From the IMG/VR virus record IMGVR_UViG_3300027736_000020, positions 120,089-184,088 of that record: a stretch of DNA of 64,000 bases. One strand, 5' to 3'. Within the stretch, counting starts at the first letter, position 1. Each line of letters starts with the position of its first letter. Below, piece after piece: positions 36,371 to 46,199 of the stretch. Source of the DNA: a virus. A program made the translations under genes and the position numbers. The notes beneath the pieces were generated by a model. It was not told the origin of the DNA. It saw only the letters and a program-made list of their open reading frames with translations, and ran no database searches.

Positions 36371-39300
36371 TCACACACCACCAAATGGATGGAACTGTGC
36401 GGCAGCAATTTTTTGCTCCGCTTCAGTTGGTGAAATGCCAAAAAGCTTTGCCAATCCATCAATGACTTGATTATTTGAAAGCGACGCGGAAATTTGGCGT
36501 TCAGATAAATCTGCTTGTTCGCTGTTTGTCATCAGTTCAGGCTCATTTACCATAAATGATTTTGATAATTTTTCATCAATAGATTCAGGGGAAACACCAA
36601 TGATATTTGATAATGTTATTTTTTCATCACGAGAAAGATTGCTCTTTTCAACAGGTGTCATGTCACGCATTGGAGGAACCAATGTTTTTATTCCTGTTTG
36701 ATATAGCACTGGATGAGAAATTGCTGTTTCCAGTGAATCTTCTGTGTTAAGCCAATATTGTTCTGGATTCAATTTATAGTGTTGATATGCATTTTGAATT
36801 ACAATCCTGTTCCATTCAGTATGCAAATCAAGATCTGGATTATTCATTCCTTTTTTCATTTGAGAATTTTGTATCCAATTTTTAATAATTGATTCATTTT
36901 CATCTTTTAGTACTATATTCTGAAGCATTGCAAGATCATCCAAAACAAAAAATTCAATTTTTTCGTCTTCGGTCATTGATTTTGCAAGTTCTTGTCTATT
37001 TAAATGATATTTTTCTGATTCTGTCAATTCTTTTTTTGCATTATGAGAAAATAGGAAAAATGGTTCTTTTGTTGTCATTGAGGTGGCCTTTCTTTCAAAT
37101 GATCTGGTAAGCGGAGTAGTAGTCGGTTTTGGAGTGCTGGTCGGTTTTGGAGTGCTGGTTCGTTTTGGAGTGCTAGTCGGTTTTGGAGTTTTTGTTGGTG
37201 AAGCAGCAGGGGTATTTGATTGCGAATTCCAAAATTTATCAATTTGTGCTTGAGACGTTGCGCGAATTCTATTCGAAGTGCTATCTGGATTATCTGCCAA
37301 TTCCTTTACTGTCGGAGGAGTATTTGGATGCCATTGTGTTGGAGTTAAATCTGGATCATCCCAGTTACCACTATCATCTACTATTTCTCTTTTATTGTAA
37401 TCTATTTGTGGTGGAACCAATTCACTCGGATCTCTCGGATCTGAAGTTATTCCGTTAGAACGCGCCCAGTCATCCCACTCTTTTGTACCATAGAGTGGAG
37501 CACCTCCTGGCTTATTCTGAAGCTCCTCCCATTCTTCCGAAGTCCAGTTATCCTGAATGCCTAAAACAGGATTAATTTTAGACATTCCTGTGGATCTTGT
37601 CGCTGTGGGTGTAGCTGTAGGAGTTTCCGATTGTTTAGCTTGTGCAGTAGCTGCTTCCATGGTTGCATATGCACGATGTCTTCCTGTCGGATTTGCATTT
37701 CTTGGATCGTCAGGAAAAGTAGCTGTTCTTTCAGGCCCTCTTGATTGTTGCGCCGATCTTGATCCTTGTGAGGCAAATTGATTTGCAAGAAGATTTGCGG
37801 CTACGTCTTCAGCAGAAGGTGTAGGTGTAGTCTGTCCTGCAATTCTGGTTGCTGCATTATTTACTGCTTCAGGAACATTTCCTCCTCTTGTATCAAGAGG
37901 CTCTTCACTGTGCAAACTTGGAAAATCTCTCAACATTGGTTTTGCTGGATCTGGAGTTTTTCTTTCTGAAGGCGCATTTGTTGGGCGCACAGACAAATCA
38001 CTAAGCGTTTTGTCACTATCAAGATATCCGCCGTAATTTTCTTTAAACATATTTTGCGCAGCTCTGATTCCTCCTCTTGCAGAATCAATAAATCTATCTG
38101 TAAAAGATTGAGGCGTTTTTGTTGAATCTGCCACTCGTGTTGAAGTTACTGAGGCAGTAGGTGTGGGTGTTGATGTTTCAGTAGGTGTGGGTGTTGGCGT
38201 TTCTGATCCTTTGGCTCGGGCAATTGCTGTAGCTTTTGAGTTGTCAAGAAGCACTTTTATTTCATTTGGAGTCAGTGTAGATCTTGTTACTGGTGTTGGC
38301 GTGCCACCTGTGCGACGATATTCCCATCCGTCCATCATTTCTGGAGTTGAAGTTGGAGTTGACATATCTCGCTTGGGAATCATTGCTGATAATGCTGGAG
38401 TTATAAAGTTTTTATCAAGCCAATCAATTAAAGCATTTAGTTCTTTATCTTTACCATCATCAGGTCTCCGAAAAATCATTGGCTCTCTTGTGGCTGTTTG
38501 AGTCGGTGTTGGGTCGGTAGGAGTATCTTCCTCCTCAATCGTGTTTGCAGCACTTGGCGTCTCTGTAGCAGGCACTGATGTTGCTGTAGGGCTTGGCGTC
38601 GCTGTAGCACTTGGCGTCGCTGTAGAAGGCACAGCTGTCGCTGTAGCACTTGGCGTCGCTGTAGGAGGCACAGCTGTCGCTGTAGCACTTGGCGTCGCTG
38701 TAGGAGGCACTGCTGTCGCTGTAGGGCTTGGCGTCGCTGTAGGAGGCAGAACTGTCGCTGTGGGACTTGGTGTTTGTGTGTTTGCAGCAATTTCATTTAT
38801 TGCAGATTCGTCGCCTTGATTGATACGTGAGATAAAATCATCATATGGAGTTCTATTGCCAAGCCAATTTGTAACTCCTTGTCCTTTTGTTTCCAGTTTT
38901 TCTCTTGGATTAAGTGCTCTTGGACCAATAAAATTTTTTACTCTATTATCTTCATCAATTTCTTCTTGTGTTTTACTTACATGAGGTGTGGACCATCCAA
39001 AACCGCCACCTAAATTTACAATTTGTCCTTCTACTGGATTATTTTTTTGCCATTCTTGATCTTTGTCTCCAATTATTGGATAAACAAGATCTCCTTTTTG
39101 ACTGTATTTTCCGTTATACCGAAATGGATCATAATCCGGTATTCCAAGTAAATTTTCTACAAGGCTTTGTGGAGGTTTTACGACATTTTCCATGAGAGAT
39201 TGATGTGCAAGTAAAGCGCGATTATTTTTATCGAGTATTTGTTTTTCAGTTAATGGTTGATGATAATCAGTATAATTTCTCAAAGGTTTTTCTGTTTGCG

Positions 39301-40156
39301 TTGCACTTGCAGGAATTTGTGTTGCTGTAGGGCTTGACGTAGCGGTAGCAGTGCCTATGGGGATTATCGTATTTGTAGCAGGCACTGTCGGTGATGTAGG
39401 AATTGGCGTCGCTGTAGGACTTGACGTAGCGGTAGCAGTGCCTATGGGGAATGTCGTATTTGTAGGAGGCACTGCCGTGGCTGTAGGAGGCACTGCCGTG
39501 GCTGTAGGTTTGGTTAGTGCATCGGTCAATATCTTTGAGGCTTCAGAGTTTGGATCGTATGAATAATTTCCCGGATCATTAGCATTTGCTGCATTTGCTG
39601 CATTTGTGGCATTTTCATTAAGTACTTGATCTTTTGCTTGATTAAATATTCTTTTTTCTGATTCATCCAATGGAAACACAACTGCGGGATTTAAAAGAAT
39701 AGGATTTTCTCTTATGAATTTTATGATATTTTCAAAAGGAACGTTTGAAAAAGATCGAACACCTTTATCATTAACATAAGAAGGATTATTAAGCAAAGGA
39801 TTTTCATTTAAAAACCTATTTCTGGCATTTTTTCCCCGAATTTGAAGTTCAGCATCTCTATCTTGCGGAATGACTTGTCCAGCTTGCAATATGTTTCCCT
39901 GATTGTCAACAGTACTTGATCCTTGAAACCATTGATCTCGATACGCATTTGCTTGATCTGCGTTTGTGATTTCACCTACATCGCTTAATCGTTCTCTTGT
40001 AGCTGAATCATAAATGGCATTGGTGACGTTATTCCAGTACAATCCACTATCAGGGAGACTTTGTTCTCCAGATTTTTGATCTGCTTGCCAATTTTTCTGT
40101 TTGAGCGTTATTTCCGCTTTTTTAAAAGCTTTTGAACGATCTATGTATCTATACAT
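36371..40156 (-). CDS. Very large Thr/Pro-rich protein, putative virion-internal
   Basis: Start moved to ATG 40156 (MYRYIDRSKAFKKAE); mucin-like TATP and PKPTST repeats. Confidence 0.8.
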   Translation of the reverse strand: MYRYIDRSKAFKKAEITLKQKNWQADQKSGEQSLPDSGLYWNNVTNAIYDSATRERLSDVGEITNADQANAYRDQWFQGSSTVDNQGNILQAGQVIPQDRDAELQIRGKNARNRFLNENPLLNNPSYVNDKGVRSFSNVPFENIIKFIRENPILLNPAVVFPLDESEKRIFNQAKDQVLNENATNAANAANANDPGNYSYDPNSEASKILTDALTKPTATAVPPTATAVPPTNTTFPIGTATATSSPTATPIPTSPTVPATNTIIPIGTATATSSPTATQIPASATQTEKPLRNYTDYHQPLTEKQILDKNNRALLAHQSLMENVVKPPQSLVENLLGIPDYDPFRYNGKYSQKGDLVYPIIGDKDQEWQKNNPVEGQIVNLGGGFGWSTPHVSKTQEEIDEDNRVKNFIGPRALNPREKLETKGQGVTNWLGNRTPYDDFISRINQGDESAINEIAANTQTPSPTATVLPPTATPSPTATAVPPTATPSATATAVPPTATPSATATAVPSTATPSATATPSPTATSVPATETPSAANTIEEEDTPTDPTPTQTATREPMIFRRPDDGKDKELNALIDWLDKNFITPALSAMIPKRDMSTPTSTPEMMDGWEYRRTGGTPTPVTRSTLTPNEIKVLLDNSKATAIARAKGSETPTPTPTETSTPTPTASVTSTRVADSTKTPQSFTDRFIDSARGGIRAAQNMFKENYGGYLDSDKTLSDLSVRPTNAPSERKTPDPAKPMLRDFPSLHSEEPLDTRGGNVPEAVNNAATRIAGQTTPTPSAEDVAANLLANQFASQGSRSAQQSRGPERTATFPDDPRNANPTGRHRAYATMEAATAQAKQSETPTATPTATRSTGMSKINPVLGIQDNWTSEEWEELQNKPGGAPLYGTKEWDDWARSNGITSDPRDPSELVPPQIDYNKREIVDDSGNWDDPDLTPTQWHPNTPPTVKELADNPDSTSNRIRATSQAQIDKFWNSQSNTPAASPTKTPKPTSTPKRTSTPKPTSTPKPTTTPLTRSFERKATSMTTKEPFFLFSHNAKKELTESEKYHLNRQELAKSMTEDEKIEFFVLDDLAMLQNIVLKDENESIIKNWIQNSQMKKGMNNPDLDLHTEWNRIVIQNAYQHYKLNPEQYWLNTEDSLETAISHPVLYQTGIKTLVPPMRDMTPVEKSNLSRDEKITLSNIIGVSPESIDEKLSKSFMVNEPELMTNSEQADLSERQISASLSNNQVIDGLAKLFGISPTEAEQKIAAAQFHPFGGV
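38560..38770 (-). repeat. Coding tandem repeats (TATPSATATAVPP)
   Basis: Repeated ggcgtcgctgtag units on the + strand. Confidence 0.85.
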
Positions 40157-41030
40157 TCTTTTTGCCCTGATAAAAAGGATTTCCATTAAATTCGGCGCGA
40201 GATAATTTTGCAATTACTTCATCATGCGAAAGATTGCTAATAAGGCTCATCTGATGAATAAAATTATCATTCATTAAATCATTATTAATAGGAGGAGTAT
40301 ATTCTGCAACAAGCATGCGTTCAGCAACGCCTTGTTGGGGATTCGCTATGCGCTCGGGTTCCTTGAATGCTGAATTACCCAAAAAATCTGCATGCGAAAT
40401 ATCATTCTGAATTCTTTCAATGGATTTTCCTGTCAAACGCGCCATTGTTTCCATGTCAAAGGATTTTTCTACAGAGTCCATTGGTTTTGTCCTTTTGTCC
40501 TTGGGAATGAGTGCAGAAACATTTTTCTGTGGGGTTTCTGAAATATCCGATTCTGCTGAAACGTCATTTGCTTGATGAAAATGATGGATCATTTTGTTGA
40601 CGGCTTTTAATGCTTTAGGTCCATATTTAATTGCCCCTGCTCCAGCAAGAGCTGTCCCGGCATACCAAGGCCAAACAGTTGGATCAGCCAACCCAGCAAA
40701 CAACCCTTTTTCAAGTTCGCGATATCTTCCTGCATAACTGTTTTTCATGTCAGTCTCATTTTTTTTGCTTTTAGGATTTTCTGGTTCTTCGGTTCTCATG
40801 CTATCAGAAAACATTTTTCTGGTATCTTTAACATATTCTCTGACTCTTTTGCCATATTTTTGATTGAGTTTGTGAGCTCCATACAATCCCATTCCAGCAG
40901 CAATAAATCCGGGAATTTTGTCGGGATCCTGAATTCCCGAAGCAAACGCATGCAATATGGATCCCAAAAAAAGGCTTTTTTCAAGTTCTTCATATTTTTG
41001 TTTATATGCAGTTTTGGTGTTCATCATCAA
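40149..41030 (-). CDS. Hypothetical protein with duplicated ELEK[S/G]LF modules and Gly-rich hydrophobic segments
   Basis: YEELEKSLF..., YRELEKGLF..., VEKSF... Confidence 0.75.
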   Translation of the reverse strand: MMMNTKTAYKQKYEELEKSLFLGSILHAFASGIQDPDKIPGFIAAGMGLYGAHKLNQKYGKRVREYVKDTRKMFSDSMRTEEPENPKSKKNETDMKNSYAGRYRELEKGLFAGLADPTVWPWYAGTALAGAGAIKYGPKALKAVNKMIHHFHQANDVSAESDISETPQKNVSALIPKDKRTKPMDSVEKSFDMETMARLTGKSIERIQNDISHADFLGNSAFKEPERIANPQQGVAERMLVAEYTPPINNDLMNDNFIHQMSLISNLSHDEVIAKLSRAEFNGNPFYQGKKNV

Positions 41031-41275
41031 GCCTTTGGTGCATGATCAATGGATGGAGAAGGACCAGCCACTCCGGGTTTAGAATTCTTTGTTCCATTAT
41101 CATAACTTTTTGGCGTAAGAAAATATGAAGATACTGCACCTGTCAATCCCACAAGCGCTACTTGCGCTTGTTCGCTTGCATTGAATACCGCAGCATAAAT
41201 AGTTGCCAGTATGGTGAGTATAGCAATTACTGAAGCAATAAGCTCTACAATCGAGGGATCATCATGTAATCTCAT
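41027..41275 (-). CDS. Small two-TM membrane protein (holin-like, function unproven)
   Basis: Two hydrophobic helices; charged C-tail; AAAGGA RBS. Confidence 0.55.
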   Translation of the reverse strand: MRLHDDPSIVELIASVIAILTILATIYAAVFNASEQAQVALVGLTGAVSSYFLTPKSYDNGTKNSKPGVAGPSPSIDHAPKA

Positions 41276-41294
41276 ATGAATTCCTTTTGCATGA

Positions 41295-42233
41295 TTATGC
41301 TTCCAGTGTGTTCAAGAAGAAAAATGATTTCTTGAATGTCGAGGGAAACATTGATCTTTTAACAGATTCCCATTGACCAGTTACTGAATTATATCTTTTG
41401 GGGGAAAAATTATTATTGAGATATTCAGCAACACGTGCGTCTGCTTCAGCAGCAGACACTTCACGGCCACCAACTGCAGGTTCTGAGCCATACGGTTTCG
41501 TTGGTGTATATTGATTCCATTTGGGATTATGTGGATCAGCACGATATTCCTTTATCACTTCCGGATCCCATCCCAATGCTGTATATATGGAATGTTTTGC
41601 AGAATGAATCCTGTTCCTTGATTCGGTGTCATCCGTATCGTCAATAGTGGGATTTATTTGTTCTTCTTCCTGTATGTTTGCTGGAATCGGATCATCACTC
41701 ATTGTTACAACATTTGAGGCAACAAATGGTTTTCCATTTGAGCCCTTGGCTTGTTCGGAAGAATTTTGTCCATAAACTGCTGCTGCAGCCGCTTGATTTT
41801 CCAATGCCCTCCTTTCTGGTCCTCCAGCAGCACTGTCAGCCGAATCCCTTCCATAATTCGCGTGTGTTTGCGCAATGTCAGGTGTTGTTTTTGGACCTTC
41901 TGTAAGATATCGAATTGCGTTGTCTTGCGGCGAGCTATTAATTGATTGAGTATATTGTGAAGGATTTGTGTCAAATTGCTGACTATTTTTTTGAGCATTA
42001 AAATTACTCTCAGGAGGGATTATTTGAATTTCATTTCCTGAAATTATCTTTGGTTTTTTTGCAACATTTTCTGCAGTTTTTAAAGGATTTATTGTTACTG
42101 CCTTAACCAGCAGTAACAATAACTCTTCCGATACTGTTTTTTCTGTTGACATGAATGATTTATGAACAATTTTTTTGACATCTTTTCTATCAAAACCGGT
42201 CATTCTTGCAAGGATATCGTATTCTTTTTCCAT
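41295..42233 (-). CDS. Low-complexity hypothetical protein, putative virion-internal
   Basis: N-terminus ILARMTGFDRKDVKKIVHKSF; C-terminus FKKSFFFL. Confidence 0.75.
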   Translation of the reverse strand: MEKEYDILARMTGFDRKDVKKIVHKSFMSTEKTVSEELLLLLVKAVTINPLKTAENVAKKPKIISGNEIQIIPPESNFNAQKNSQQFDTNPSQYTQSINSSPQDNAIRYLTEGPKTTPDIAQTHANYGRDSADSAAGGPERRALENQAAAAAVYGQNSSEQAKGSNGKPFVASNVVTMSDDPIPANIQEEEQINPTIDDTDDTESRNRIHSAKHSIYTALGWDPEVIKEYRADPHNPKWNQYTPTKPYGSEPAVGGREVSAAEADARVAEYLNNNFSPKRYNSVTGQWESVKRSMFPSTFKKSFFFLNTLEA

Positions 42234-43669
42234 TACAATGCTCCATTCTTTTCCAAGCGATGAAGCACTTCAGTTTCAGAAATTCGCAGCACAACAGCAA
42301 GACCCTTGATCATTTCATAATTTTCGGCGGTAAGACCACGACGAAGCACATGTCCATCATCTTCAAGAAGGCGATATGTTTCGTGAGTGTTTCCACCAAA
42401 GGATGCCTTGAGCTCATTATTGGTTCGTGCTACTGGAGCTGGCGGACTGTTGAAATCTCCTTGAGGAGGAATCTTGTTTCTCATGGCTGGAGGAATCATT
42501 TTTGGTTTGTTCGGATTTATTTTGGGACCAATTGGTTGTGGAATTGGTTTCATGGGGGGAATCTTTATGTTTCTATAATCTGGTTCATTTTTCCCATATG
42601 TTCCTACATCTCTTGGAGAGCCACCCAACGGTCCATCTGCATCTTCATCAGGCGGTGTTTGAGGAGGTTGTGATGGCGGCAATGATGGCACCAACCTTCC
42701 GTAAGGAGGTGGTGGTTCCTTCCTTCCGTAACGAGGTGGTGGTGATGGTTCCAACCTTCCGTAAGGAGGTGGTATAGATCCTTCGTTGGAAATTGATCCG
42801 CCAGCTTTTGCGCCACTTTTTGCACCATTGAGAATATCTTCAATTGACATAGACGTGCTTTGAGCACGAGGATCGTGATCATTGTTCCAGTTTTCCGGAG
42901 GATAACGTGGGTCCTCAGGATATGTTTCCGTTGAATAATTTCCAGCTTTTTTTACACTGTTATTGAAATAATTCTTAACCTTATTGACGCCACTAGCAAC
43001 TTTGTCTCTTACAACTCGTCCTGCTTCAGCAAAACTTTCAATTGGGTCTTGGTTATACGGGTTTTTCACTGGAGGAGCATCATATGGTCCCATCACTTGT
43101 CTCGGAGGACGCATTGCTCGAAAATTAGGATGATCTGCGGGCGGATTCGGAGTCTCTCTCCAATCTCCTGTTTCTGATTCACCATAAGGATTTCCGTTTG
43201 CAAAATCTGGTTTCTTCGGTTTTGGTTTTCCCCTGTTTATTGCGGCAGAGTTGTCGCGCATTGCTGACTCATTCGGTGCGGAACGCAGATCAGGATTGCG
43301 TTGCTTCCAATTGGTTGCTCCATCAGAAGGGGTTGTTGGAACTTCGTAATATTCTTTTTCATAGTATCCACTTGGGGTATAACCTTCTGGAGGAGTATAA
43401 TTCTCGTTATAAAATCTTGGTTCATTATCACCTTTCTGAATTGTTTCCAGAATTTCGCCGCGAAGTTCAGATAGCTTCTTCTCAAGATTACTGATCATCT
43501 GCAGACTATGATCAGCAGCAATATGTTGAGTTTGCGATTTTTCAATCTTTTGTTTTACCTCTGATTGAGGCATTCCTAGAAGCCTTCCGAGAAGCCATTC
43601 ATCACTATTAATTTCGTAAATTCTTTCGGATTCATATGCCTTTTCCATGGATGTGTTCCTTCTGTGCAA
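42233..43669 (-). CDS. Pro-rich hypothetical protein, putative virion-internal
   Basis: MEKA, IEKS, IQKG and VKKA motifs; PPPYGR repeats. Confidence 0.75.
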   Translation of the reverse strand: MHRRNTSMEKAYESERIYEINSDEWLLGRLLGMPQSEVKQKIEKSQTQHIAADHSLQMISNLEKKLSELRGEILETIQKGDNEPRFYNENYTPPEGYTPSGYYEKEYYEVPTTPSDGATNWKQRNPDLRSAPNESAMRDNSAAINRGKPKPKKPDFANGNPYGESETGDWRETPNPPADHPNFRAMRPPRQVMGPYDAPPVKNPYNQDPIESFAEAGRVVRDKVASGVNKVKNYFNNSVKKAGNYSTETYPEDPRYPPENWNNDHDPRAQSTSMSIEDILNGAKSGAKAGGSISNEGSIPPPYGRLEPSPPPRYGRKEPPPPYGRLVPSLPPSQPPQTPPDEDADGPLGGSPRDVGTYGKNEPDYRNIKIPPMKPIPQPIGPKINPNKPKMIPPAMRNKIPPQGDFNSPPAPVARTNNELKASFGGNTHETYRLLEDDGHVLRRGLTAENYEMIKGLAVVLRISETEVLHRLEKNGAL

Positions 43670-43688
43670 TTATATCATTTCAGGTATT

Positions 43689-44951
43689 TCAGGGTTGCTT
43701 TATTGCTTGATGTATTGCAAAGTTAAACCAATTTTTATTTGGTTGAATTTTTGGTAAAGGAAAACCATCTAATTTTGGCGTGGTAAAACCTCCCGGTTTT
43801 GGCGTAGGTTCAGGAGTTGAAAAACCTCCCGGTGTTGGCGTAGGTTCAGGAGTTGAAAAACCTCCCGGTGTTGGTGTTGGTGTCGGCATTGGGTCACTTA
43901 TTGTTGTGGGCATAACAGGTTTAACTGGTGTCCGTACGGGAGTTGGCGTGGGAGTTGGCATGGTCATGTTGCTTGCAGATGGCTCAGGAGTAGTTGTGGG
44001 CATAACAGGTTTAACTGGTGTCTGTACGGGAGTTGGCGTGGGAGTTGGCGAAGTCATTGCAAATGCAGTTGACTCAGGATCAAAATTGGTAATGCCATAT
44101 ATTTCACGAAGCGTCGAATGATAGTTGGGATCAATTTGTCTCGTTATTTCTGTCCATGGAGACACAGTTCTTGTTGGTCTTGGGGAATGTTTTGTTTCAT
44201 CAACAGTAACTTCTTGCCTAGATAATTGTGGCCTATATGCAGAAGTTGATTCCGGAGTTGGAGTAGGAGTTGGAGTAGGCGGATAGGAACTCCCAAAACC
44301 TCTCCCATTTTCGTCCACATGGTTTCGATAACCATTTATAAGTCCATCAAACATTCTGGTTCTCACCCTTGCTCCCAAATCTTTTGAGTCCCTAAGAACA
44401 TCATTCCAAGTTCCTGACTGACCGTTACGATGGGTAAATGATCCATCAGGGTTATGAGTCCAGCTTCTATCTAGGAACTTTGGTAACTGCATGTTGACTG
44501 TTTTGTCTCTTCCTTCCATCTCGCCATTTGTTAGTCGTCCCCATAATTTATGAGGGATCTGTTCTATTGGTCTGAGATCTTTTTCAGGGCTATATTTTAT
44601 TTCTCTTACACCCATTTTTTGCCAGTTATCATAAAGTTTTTGTCTGATTTCAGGATCGTTCAAATTTCCTTCTGGATTCATTCCAAGCCAGTCAACATAT
44701 AATGTACCTGTATCGGGTTGAAAACTTCCCGCATATGCTCCATGGTCTCCTATGCGAGATGCAAATGTATTATCTCCAAGACCCCATTCCTGACCAAGAA
44801 GCATGTGTTCCCCATCGTAATCTTTAAGTGCATCGACAAGAGCACTGGTTTTTTCTACAGAGTCAGGATCTTTAATACGTTCGCCAGCTTTTTGCAATCT
44901 ATTATCTGGCCATATCGCAAAGGGAAACGGATTTCTGTCAATTTTGCGCAT
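43689..44951 (-). CDS. Pro/Thr-rich hypothetical protein, putative virion-internal
   Basis: N-terminus MRKIDRNPFPFAIWP; C-terminus KNWFNFAIHQAI; PTPTP repeats. Confidence 0.8.
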   Translation of the reverse strand: MRKIDRNPFPFAIWPDNRLQKAGERIKDPDSVEKTSALVDALKDYDGEHMLLGQEWGLGDNTFASRIGDHGAYAGSFQPDTGTLYVDWLGMNPEGNLNDPEIRQKLYDNWQKMGVREIKYSPEKDLRPIEQIPHKLWGRLTNGEMEGRDKTVNMQLPKFLDRSWTHNPDGSFTHRNGQSGTWNDVLRDSKDLGARVRTRMFDGLINGYRNHVDENGRGFGSSYPPTPTPTPTPESTSAYRPQLSRQEVTVDETKHSPRPTRTVSPWTEITRQIDPNYHSTLREIYGITNFDPESTAFAMTSPTPTPTPVQTPVKPVMPTTTPEPSASNMTMPTPTPTPVRTPVKPVMPTTISDPMPTPTPTPGGFSTPEPTPTPGGFSTPEPTPKPGGFTTPKLDGFPLPKIQPNKNWFNFAIHQAIKQP

Positions 44952-44954
44952 AAT

Positions 44955-46034
44955 TCAAATCCTTTTATTCCAGCGCTGTTGTAGTGCAGAATGGATTGAA
45001 AAAGTAAACCAACTTTTTTTTACTGAATCAATGGCAGAAATCATTTCATCCGCAGTTTGTAGCTTAACGGGTGGTGGAGGATCTTTGGAAGGAAGCCTGC
45101 TCAACAAGCGATGTTGATCGCCTTTTTCAGCAAATTCTCTTACCATGGGCGGCATTGGAAATCTTTGTAATGATGCGTATGTACCATTTTTTTGATCTTG
45201 TATCTGCTGTCCAAGCTCTCTTATTTTTGAAATTTCATAGTCACCGGGCGCGGTGGTTCGTCCTTCTCTGTACATAGGGTAACTTGACGTGTTTTTCACC
45301 AAGTTGTCATAAAATTTCCACACATTGTTTGGATGCAGAGAAGCAGCGTTTTCCGGATCAAATAATTCTGGAGAATATTCCCAGTTGGAACCATCTTTTC
45401 TTCGAACAACAGGACGTTCGTAGCGAGAAAGATCGGGCAACGGTCCTCTGCCGCTTGCGTGCCAATTGGCGTATTCCTTTGCTATTTCAAATGCATGTTG
45501 CGATCCCAACATTGCGTTTTGCGTGTACTCTTTTCCATCGGTAAGCAATCCTTGTTGTTCAAGACGTGCTCGTAGTTTTTTCAATTCAGCAATTTCATTT
45601 GCATTGTAATTATTGTATTCTTCTGAAAACATGGGTTCATCAGGAGGCTTGATTATGATTGCTTGTTGACCATTATTCAATGGTATTCGCGGATCTTCTG
45701 TTTCGTCATAAGGAACATTGGACGCATCTCGTTCAGGATGATCTCTGTATCCGAAAATATCCATTCTGTCACGCTCTAGTTCAGGATTCATACCCCATAG
45801 TCGTAAATCACGAGGAGTTTCTTCCGCAAAAGGCTCGTCATCGTCAGAAGCAGCAGAAGGTGGCGTCCTTATTGCAAATTGTCCGCTTGTAAGTGCTCGC
45901 CTTTCCGCGTCAGTAAATTCTTCGCCAAGGGTTTCTTCGGATTTCCGCAATAGTTCTTCGTATGAATACACAATTGATTTTTTTTGCATGGGCCATATTG
46001 CAAAGGGAAACGGATTTTTGTCAATCTTGCGCAT
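44955..46034 (-). CDS. Hypothetical protein sharing termini with 43689..44951
   Basis: Start moved to ATG 46034 (MRKIDKNPFPFAIWP; AAAGGA upstream); C-terminus KKSWFTFSIHSAL. Confidence 0.8.
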   Translation of the reverse strand: MRKIDKNPFPFAIWPMQKKSIVYSYEELLRKSEETLGEEFTDAERRALTSGQFAIRTPPSAASDDDEPFAEETPRDLRLWGMNPELERDRMDIFGYRDHPERDASNVPYDETEDPRIPLNNGQQAIIIKPPDEPMFSEEYNNYNANEIAELKKLRARLEQQGLLTDGKEYTQNAMLGSQHAFEIAKEYANWHASGRGPLPDLSRYERPVVRRKDGSNWEYSPELFDPENAASLHPNNVWKFYDNLVKNTSSYPMYREGRTTAPGDYEISKIRELGQQIQDQKNGTYASLQRFPMPPMVREFAEKGDQHRLLSRLPSKDPPPPVKLQTADEMISAIDSVKKSWFTFSIHSALQQRWNKRI

Positions 46035-46199
46035 ATATGAAGTCCTTTCTGTGATTATATCAATTGTAGAATGATTTATTATTGCCAACTGTACTGTCTG
46101 TGATCAAAGAAGGGAAAAAACAACATTTTTTTTGTGCCTTGAAAAAAACGCGGAAAAAATGTCAAGCCTGAAACGCATTTCCCTTTCATCAAAAATCTA

